Positions 37,073 to 43,843 of a DNA stretch of 43,843 bases are shown here, in pieces. Below the pieces are notes generated by a model. That model searched no databases. It was given only the letters and a program-made list of their open reading frames with translations, and had not been told where the DNA came from. The stretch is taken from positions 1 through 43,843 of the forward strand of contig JBDTCS010000091.1 in assembly GCA_039923455.1 (NCBI GenBank), written 5' to 3'. Numbering within the stretch: position 1 is the first letter of the stretch; the number at the start of each line of letters is the position of its first letter. Origin of the DNA: Candidatus Kapaibacterium sp. (GTDB taxonomy: Bacteria > Bacteroidota > Ignavibacteria > Palsa-1295). The position numbers and the translations under genes are program-made.

Positions 37073-40000
37073 TTAGACTTCCTCGCCGGGTGCTTTGATC
37101 TCGCGTTTGAATTTCTCCTCAAACACAATGTAGAGTGCAGGCACAAAAAACAACGTGAGTGCAGTCGATAGAGTCAATCCACCGATGACAGCAACCGCAA
37201 GTGGAGCCTGAGTAGTTTCGCCACCAACACCGATAGCCATCGGTATCAAGCCGAGCACCGTCGCGATAGAGGTCATGAGGATTGGCTTGAGCCTTGTGCG
37301 TCCAGCAGATACCACCGCTTCATGCAAGGACACACCTTTCATTCGAAGATGATTCGTATAATCGACGAGCAGAATTCCATTGCTTACCACAATACCGACC
37401 ATCACGATGATACCCTGAAACGAAGTAACCGAGAGCGTCGTGTGCGTCAGAAATAACGCCCACAACACTCCGACGATACCGAAGGGCACCGTGAACATGA
37501 TGATGAACGGATCCATGAGCGATTGAAACTGTGAAGCCATCACGACATACACAAGTAAGATCGCGAGTCCGAACGCAAGTATCAGATCGCCAAAAGTTTT
37601 TTGTTGTTGTTCGACGTTACCACCGAGCTTGATCTCGAATCCTGAAGGTATCGGTAGCTTATCGAGCTTTGCGCGAATATCCGCGGCAACAGAGCCAAGA
37701 TCTCTACCACTGACATCAGACGTCACATCAATAATCCGCTGCTGGTACTTACGATCAATCTGCACCGGGCCCGTTGCTTTTACGATTGACGCAACACTAC
37801 CAAGCAAAACTTGGTCACCGGTCGCCGAGGTGAGGACGATATGCTTCAGATCTTCGATGTTCGAGCGATAGTCTTCGGCAAAACGCACGAGGATGTTATA
37901 CTGATTTCCGGAAACAGGATCAGTGTATAGCGAAGCCACGCTGCCATTGATCGCAGTATTGATCGTGTTCGCGATCGCTGCAGCGTCGATGCCAAGCAGG
38001 CCGGCCTTGTCACGATCGATCGCAATACGTAACTCAGGAAGATTATCTTCACGACTCGATTGTACGTTCACGGCACCGGGTGTCGAGCGAACAATGTCCG
38101 CCACTTGCTTCGAAAGTGCCGAGCCTGTTGCAAGATCAAATCCGCGAATCTCCACATCGATCGGAGCCGTCGATCCGAAATTCAACAGAAAGCGCAAGAA
38201 ACCTCCGGGTGTGACAAAAACACTCGCACCAAGATAGTTTGCAAGCTTCGGTCGCAAGGTGCTTATCACCTCGAATACTGAACGCTTGCGCTGATCAACC
38301 GGAACAAGCGCTACCGTGATATTGGCAGCGTGACTTCCTGAATTTCTACCAAAGAAATTTCCGCTTCTCGCCGAAGGCACTCCCACCTCAGATACCTCCG
38401 CTTGCAACTCTGGGACATTCTTTTGAATAATCTCTTCGATGTTCTTGACGATCTTTGTCGTCTCTTCCATTCGGCTTCCGACGGGAAGCTTGATGTTTAC
38501 TGCAAACTGACTCTCATCCTGATCGGGAAAGAATTCGGTGCCGATGAATTTGAACAGGAACAAGGATGCAAGTGCAACGACAACTATACTCCCCAGAACA
38601 ACCTTGCGATGTGCAAGTGCTTTCTCTAACCAATCGACATACCAATCGTCGATTCGCTCGATGCGGTCGTGTAAGAATACGCGCAAGCGATCCGACGATT
38701 TTGTCGAGGCGCGTTCCAGCTGTTTCTCCGGAGGCAAGAACTTGAGACAGAGAAGCGGGGTGACAGTTCGACTTACAAAGAACGAACCGAATAATGCTAC
38801 GGCGATCGTGATCGTCAGTGGAACAAAGAGCAACTTCGCGATACCGGTCAAAAAGACGATGGGCAAAAACACGATGACGGTCGTAAGCGTGGATACGAAA
38901 ATCGGAGTAGCAACCTCTTTTGCAGCTTCGAGCGTGGCTTGCATTTTCGATTGACCCGGCTTCCGTTCGTTGTAGTGACGACTGATCGCTTCCAGTTCGA
39001 CGATTGAGTCATCAACCAGTCTTCCGACGGCGAGTGCCAGACCTCCGAACGTCATAATGTTCAGCGTCACATTGCCAAACCGGAACATGATAAACGTGAT
39101 GAGTATCGAGAGCGGAATTGCCACAATAATAATGATCGTCCCTCGAACATTACGAAGGAAGAGCAGAATGATCAGCATCGCGAGCAACGCACCGAACATC
39201 GCCTCACGCTCCAATCCGGAGATAGTTTGGCGAATGTACAGCGATTGATCGAAGGAAACGGTAGTACGCACGTTTGCCGGAACGCCGGTAAGTTTTGGAA
39301 TGGCTTTCATCACCGCATCAACCACCGTGACCGTGTTTGCATTTGCGAGCTTCTGCACTTTCAAGGTGAGTCCAGGTCCGCCGTTGACGCGAATCGTTTG
39401 CGTCTGCTCCTGATAACTATCTTCAACTGTGGCGATGTCCCGAATGCGAATCGGAACGCCATTAACAACACGCACGACAATATCGCCGATCGGTTGAACG
39501 ACATTGAATCGGCTCTCTGTCTTGAGCGAGTAATCGAACACGCCACTCTTGAGATCGCCCGACGGGATAATGAGATTCGCATTCGCAACGGCGCTGAGAA
39601 TCGCAGGAATCGGAAGGTGCGCTCCTTCTACGCGATTGCGATCGATCATCACATGGATTTCACGAATACGCCCGCCGGAAACCTGCGCACTCGCGACACC
39701 CGGAAGATGCTCCAGCTGCGGCTCGATGACGTTAAACGCAAGATCATACAGATCGCGCTGGTCCATAGTACCACTCACCGCGATCGTGACAACCGGTTGA
39801 TTCGTAATATCAAATCGAAGTACGATCGGCTGCGAGACTCCGGTTGGGAGTTGATTCATCACACGGTTGATGCGTTGAATAACATCTACCATTCCAACAT
39901 CGGTATTCGCACCCCAATTGAAGTTCATGCGAATTTGTGAAATGCCTTCACGAGTGCTCGATTGTACATAATCGATATCATTCACTGAGCTTACGCCACG

Positions 40001-40204
40001 TTCCATCGTCGCTGTAACTGATTGCTCCATATCCATCGGACCAGCCCCAGGATAGAACGTGATTGCGGTAACAACCGGAATTGAAATATTCGGCAAGAGA
40101 TCGACGGGCAACTGTTGCACCGAAACCAATCCGAGCACGACGATCGTCAGGCTGAATAGAAACGTCGAGATCGGGTACCTAAGCGCGAGTCGGGTTAGCC
40201 ACAT
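37073..40204 (-). CDS. RND efflux transporter permease (AcrB/HAE1-like)
   Basis: 1043 aa with two TM blocks, the proton-relay motif LVDDSIV, RLKPILMTS and PLAVAVIGGL. Confidence 0.96.
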   Translation of the reverse strand: MWLTRLALRYPISTFLFSLTIVVLGLVSVQQLPVDLLPNISIPVVTAITFYPGAGPMDMEQSVTATMERGVSSVNDIDYVQSSTREGISQIRMNFNWGANTDVGMVDVIQRINRVMNQLPTGVSQPIVLRFDITNQPVVTIAVSGTMDQRDLYDLAFNVIEPQLEHLPGVASAQVSGGRIREIHVMIDRNRVEGAHLPIPAILSAVANANLIIPSGDLKSGVFDYSLKTESRFNVVQPIGDIVVRVVNGVPIRIRDIATVEDSYQEQTQTIRVNGGPGLTLKVQKLANANTVTVVDAVMKAIPKLTGVPANVRTTVSFDQSLYIRQTISGLEREAMFGALLAMLIILLFLRNVRGTIIIIVAIPLSILITFIMFRFGNVTLNIMTFGGLALAVGRLVDDSIVELEAISRHYNERKPGQSKMQATLEAAKEVATPIFVSTLTTVIVFLPIVFLTGIAKLLFVPLTITIAVALFGSFFVSRTVTPLLCLKFLPPEKQLERASTKSSDRLRVFLHDRIERIDDWYVDWLEKALAHRKVVLGSIVVVALASLFLFKFIGTEFFPDQDESQFAVNIKLPVGSRMEETTKIVKNIEEIIQKNVPELQAEVSEVGVPSARSGNFFGRNSGSHAANITVALVPVDQRKRSVFEVISTLRPKLANYLGASVFVTPGGFLRFLLNFGSTAPIDVEIRGFDLATGSALSKQVADIVRSTPGAVNVQSSREDNLPELRIAIDRDKAGLLGIDAAAIANTINTAINGSVASLYTDPVSGNQYNILVRFAEDYRSNIEDLKHIVLTSATGDQVLLGSVASIVKATGPVQIDRKYQQRIIDVTSDVSGRDLGSVAADIRAKLDKLPIPSGFEIKLGGNVEQQQKTFGDLILAFGLAILLVYVVMASQFQSLMDPFIIMFTVPFGIVGVLWALFLTHTTLSVTSFQGIIVMVGIVVSNGILLVDYTNHLRMKGVSLHEAVVSAGRTRLKPILMTSIATVLGLIPMAIGVGGETTQAPLAVAVIGGLTLSTALTLFFVPALYIVFEEKFKREIKAPGEEV

Positions 40205-40260
40205 AAAAAGTTGAAGCTATGAAGTTGGAGCGAAAGAGTCACAAAGTGGAAGCAGCCGTT

Positions 40261-41331
40261 TTACTTGGAGATGAGCACCTTGCCTTTGTCCTTGACAAAA
40301 TTCTGTCCACTGATAACAATGTCCTCCGAGCCATCAAGACCCTTCAGAATTTCGGTGCGCCCACCATTTTCCGTTCCGATCGAAACGGGAAGTTTGTGCG
40401 CGACACCGTTATCGACTGTATATACATAGGCACCTGACTGATCTTTTAGAACTGCTTCGGTGGGGAGGGTGAGTGCATCGGGATGCTCACCGAGAATGAG
40501 GGTCACTCGCGCGAACGCTCCCGGTTTTAGCGCATGATCGGAATTCGGAATTTGAATTTCGACGGGCATCGTTCTCGTTGCCAGGTTTATCGCTTGACTA
40601 TACCGCGCAACCTTGCCTTTGAATGTGCGTCCCGGCAAAGCATCCACCGTAACGATAGCCTCCTTGACTTTCGCAATCGCCGGAACATCCCGATCAAATA
40701 TGTTAATCAGCACTTTCACAGTGTTAATATCCATCAGCGTATAGATCGTCGAGTTGCTTCCAGCGATAGCTGTATTCGCCGAAACAACTGCGCCTTGGTC
40801 GAGAAACCGCTTCGTGATGTACCCTGAGAATGGGGCAGTGATCTTGGCGTAATTCAATCGGATGCGAGAGGCTTCATAAGCAGCTTTCGCGCTGTTATAT
40901 GTGGACTCTGCATTGTCAACTTCTTGTTGCGAACTCAGATCTTTCGCAGTAAGCTTTTTTGTACGATCATAAATCAATTTCGCATTGGAGAGACTCGCTT
41001 GCGCTTGTTGAGCGATTTGAAAAAGCTCGGTCGTATCGACGAGTGCGATCAGTTGGTTCTGATGCACTTGCGAACCCATATCGACAAACACGCGGTCGAG
41101 CGTGCCGGTGACTTTGCTGAAAATGCTCGCTTGTTGAATCGGAGCAACATCGCCATTGAACTCGAGTTGATTTAGTACGGTCTGTCGAAGCGGTTTATCG
41201 ATTCGCACGGGAGCAATGACTTCCTTCTTGACTTCGGAAGCCGCGTTCGTGCTGTTAATGCGTGAGATCGTAAGTGCCGCAATCCCCACCACAGCGATGA
41301 TAAGGATCGAATAACCAATTATTTTTTTCAT
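40261..41331 (-). CDS. RND periplasmic adaptor (membrane fusion protein)
   Basis: N-terminal TM anchor from MKKIIG, lipoyl-like halves (SKVTGTL...VDMG; ITAPFSGYI), TRTMPVEI, LKPGAF and GLDG.E.IV.SGQ. Confidence 0.95.
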   Translation of the reverse strand: MKKIIGYSILIIAVVGIAALTISRINSTNAASEVKKEVIAPVRIDKPLRQTVLNQLEFNGDVAPIQQASIFSKVTGTLDRVFVDMGSQVHQNQLIALVDTTELFQIAQQAQASLSNAKLIYDRTKKLTAKDLSSQQEVDNAESTYNSAKAAYEASRIRLNYAKITAPFSGYITKRFLDQGAVVSANTAIAGSNSTIYTLMDINTVKVLINIFDRDVPAIAKVKEAIVTVDALPGRTFKGKVARYSQAINLATRTMPVEIQIPNSDHALKPGAFARVTLILGEHPDALTLPTEAVLKDQSGAYVYTVDNGVAHKLPVSIGTENGGRTEILKGLDGSEDIVISGQNFVKDKGKVLISK

Positions 41332-41552
41332 TTCCAAGTTAAGGCTGCTCTTGACCGTAATACACACTTACGGAAGCAGGAAATTCAACAATGGATTTAT
41401 TGACGGGTTGACGGTTTGCTTCGCGCTGGTTTTCCTTACGGTCACCCGTTTCGAAGCGCCTATACAACCACGCATACTAACTTTCTGTGCCGACAACTAT
41501 CGGTATGACAATTAATTAATACTGCGCGTGCAGAGACTCATATTCAAGATAA

Positions 41553-43172
41553 CTAATCGACCATCTGCGGCATCACAGGTAAATCTCGAAAGGGAATATC
41601 GGAAAGAAGTATATCCCGATTTTTCTCTGCAAAACCTTGCAAACCCCACTCGCTATTGAATAGAATTGCTGTCTCACCCATTCGATCGGTCGCGATGATC
41701 GCTCCGAGCGGCAGCGTTTTAGTTGCGAGTAACTCATCGGAAACTTCCGGCGAAACCCAACGCATTAATTTCCAGCTTGCCTCTTCGAGACGTGAAGTAG
41801 CTCCATACTCGGATTCGAGTCTCGCTTGTACTACTTCGAACTGCAATGGACCGACTGCGCCCAGGATCGGAATTCGTCCAGAACCGTTCTTCGAATAAAA
41901 TGTCTGGACAACTCCTTCTTGCAACAACTGATCGAGTCCATCGCGGAATTGCTTGAACCGTGAACTATCGGGATTGTGCATGAACACAAAATGCTCCGGT
42001 GCAAAGCGTGGAATTTCGCTATAGAGAATTGCGGGATCTTCTGTCAGCGTGTCACCAATTCCAAACGCAGAGTTACCGACCAAGCCTACGATGTCGCCCG
42101 GGTACGCTTCGTCAACCGTTTCGCGTTGCTGCCCAAATATTTTTTGCGAGTTAGAGAGTCGAACCGTTTTTGCCGAGCGCGAGTGCGTTACTTGCATATC
42201 GCGCGTGAAGATACCCGAGCATATACGCAAAAATGCAATTCGATCGCGATGACGCGGATCCATGTTCGCCTGTATCTTAAAGATGAATCCCGAGAACGAA
42301 GGATTCTCCGGAGTGATAACCCCGGCCGAAGTGGTGCGTGGCTCCGGACCTTGCGCAAGTGCAAGAAATCCATCGAGCAAAAGTTGAACACCGAAATTAT
42401 TCGTTGCGCTACCAAAGAAAACAGGTGTGAGTTTTCCCGATCGGACAGCCTCTGCATCGAAACTTTCGCCAGCCATGTCGAGCATCTCAAGCTCTTCGAG
42501 TGTACGAGCGTACGTCGCCGGCGATAGCATATTCTTTACAAGCGGCTCCGAGAGATCCGCAATCGTAAGCGGCGCACGATACGCGCCACCGATCGTACGT
42601 TCGAAAAGATGCACCTCTTTGTTTCGTCGATCGAACACGCCTTTAAAATCCATGCCCGTCCCGAGCGGCCAGTTCATCGGATAGGCGCCGATACCAAGTA
42701 CGCTTTCCAGTTCGTCGATAAGCTCGATGGGGTCCATCGTCGGACGGTCGAGTTTGTTCATGAACGTGAAGATCGGCACACCACGCCGGCGACAAACTTC
42801 GAAGAGCTTCCGCGTTTGGGCTTCGATACCTTTTGCAGCATCGATAACCATCACGACTGCATCGACCGCAGTCAATACTCGGTATGTATCCTCGGAGAAA
42901 TCTTGGTGACCAGGTGTGTCGAGAAGATTAATGCGAAACCCATTGTAGTCGAATTGGAGGACGGTGCTGGAGATCGAGATACCGCGCTTGCGCTCAAGCT
43001 CCATCCAATCGGAGGTCGAGGCTCGCTGATTTTTGCGTGCAGTCACCGAGCCGGCAAGCTGAACTGCACCGCCATAGAGAAGGAATTTCTCCGTTAGTGT
43101 TGTTTTTCCAGCGTCGGGATGCGAAATAATTGCAAACGTCCGTCTGCGAGCGATCTCTTCGGTTGTTGTCAT
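41553..43172 (-). CDS. prfC: Peptide chain release factor 3
   Basis: RRTFAIISHPDAGKTTLTEK, SDWMELE..RGISI, DTPGHQDFSEDTYR, FKIQANMDP.HRDR and GAVG.LQFEV. Confidence 0.98.
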   Translation of the reverse strand: MTTTEEIARRRTFAIISHPDAGKTTLTEKFLLYGGAVQLAGSVTARKNQRASTSDWMELERKRGISISSTVLQFDYNGFRINLLDTPGHQDFSEDTYRVLTAVDAVVMVIDAAKGIEAQTRKLFEVCRRRGVPIFTFMNKLDRPTMDPIELIDELESVLGIGAYPMNWPLGTGMDFKGVFDRRNKEVHLFERTIGGAYRAPLTIADLSEPLVKNMLSPATYARTLEELEMLDMAGESFDAEAVRSGKLTPVFFGSATNNFGVQLLLDGFLALAQGPEPRTTSAGVITPENPSFSGFIFKIQANMDPRHRDRIAFLRICSGIFTRDMQVTHSRSAKTVRLSNSQKIFGQQRETVDEAYPGDIVGLVGNSAFGIGDTLTEDPAILYSEIPRFAPEHFVFMHNPDSSRFKQFRDGLDQLLQEGVVQTFYSKNGSGRIPILGAVGPLQFEVVQARLESEYGATSRLEEASWKLMRWVSPEVSDELLATKTLPLGAIIATDRMGETAILFNSEWGLQGFAEKNRDILLSDIPFRDLPVMPQMVD

Positions 43173-43259
43173 AAGCGGACGGTAAACCGCGAATTCACCG
43201 GAAAGAATTCGTGACCCTTTTCGGGGCTCTGCGCCGCTTTTTCTCGGCGTGGCACCAGC

Positions 43260-43841
43260 TCATGCTTCGACCGCCGCGCTTTGAGCTGATTTAACTCTCG
43301 CGGCCTCCATTTGTGCCTCCGAGTCATTCGCTTCAATCGCACTGACCTCGATCGGACGACCGACACCCGTTGCAGGATTTGCGAGCTTCGCACGATGTTC
43401 AACTGCGAGGGCATAGCTCTCGCGATCGATCTTGGAATCAATCCAGGCGATGAGATCAAAGTACCGGAATGCATAGCGCTCGAACGGATCGCTCATGAAT
43501 CCTACGAGTTCATCTTTGAACCTCACACACGCCTCTCGAAACATCGCAGGATTGCGAAGCTCCGGAAGCTTCTTCAACAGCTTGAGCAAGGCACGCTCGC
43601 TTTGATACAAATTATTCGTTGTCGAGAGATAACGCTGCGTCGATTGTATCGCGTACTCCAAATATTTTTTGTTGCCCATCTCATAATGCAGAATGAGATT
43701 GAATAGGCGACATGTGTAGTACAACTCCTGGCCTTTGATCAACTCTTTCTCGGCGAGTGCTTTGTTCAACCATATAAGTGCGTTGTCGTATTCCCCGATC
43801 GCGAAAAGAATATGTGCTGCGCGGAAATAAATCAACACGAT
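43260..43841 (-). CDS. Hypothetical all-helical/TPR-like protein, C-terminal part (5' end outside the window)
   Basis: The frame is open to the window edge. It has TPR-like helices (A.ILFAIGEYDNALIWLNKAL), LILHYEMGN...LEY and YFDLIAWIDSKI. Confidence 0.75.
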   Translation of the reverse strand: MVLIYFRAAHILFAIGEYDNALIWLNKALAEKELIKGQELYYTCRLFNLILHYEMGNKKYLEYAIQSTQRYLSTTNNLYQSERALLKLLKKLPELRNPAMFREACVRFKDELVGFMSDPFERYAFRYFDLIAWIDSKIDRESYALAVEHRAKLANPATGVGRPIEVSAIEANDSEAQMEAARVKSAQSAAVEA

Positions 43842-43843
43842 GG

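Noticed and set aside
39227-39940. 237-aa plus-strand ORF inside the RND gene
   Set aside because: Antisense shadow with no motifs. The same applies to the many other short ORFs nested in called genes.
1-43843. Phage-defence system, prophage, transposon or secondary-metabolite cluster
   Set aside because: I recognised no integrase, transposase, nuclease, phage structural, NRPS/PKS or RiPP-modifying gene. The only radical SAM protein is the housekeeping HemW.

Overview
A 43.8-kb bacterial chromosomal window with no mobile element, CRISPR array, rRNA or tRNA that I can support. The lineage is probably FCB-group (Bacteroidota/Chlorobiota/Ignavibacteria/Kapabacteria-like). This is inferred from T9SS-type C-terminal domains, DUF2723 genes, TAnnTTTG promoter boxes and mostly SD-less, A-rich start regions. 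Plus strand, in order: a 5'-truncated PAS hybrid histidine kinase; lepA-lepB-hemW (lepB carries an 18-bp in-frame tandem repeat); a glycosylation cluster of two tandem DUF2723/TMEM260-like GT-C proteins, an ALG5-like GT2, a YfhO-like membrane protein and a GT9; a complete ISC Fe-S operon (Rrf2/iscR-iscS-orf165-iscU-iscA-hscB-gmhA-hscA-fdx-iscX-LON-N protein) interrupted by an unknown gene and by gmhA; an unannotated 51-aa very basic ORF; folP; and two paralogous T9SS beta-propeller/Ig-like proteins. Minus strand: a small hypothetical, a third T9SS beta-propeller, pepE, an RND pump plus MFP, prfC and a truncated helical protein. There are two main leads. (1) A candidate TMEM260-type protein O-glycosylation system, with nearby secreted proteins rich in D-[ST]-hydrophobic sequons. 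(2) An uncharacterised protein sitting between iscS and iscU that could be a lineage-specific ISC component. All family assignments come from recognising motifs by eye; no database searches were run.
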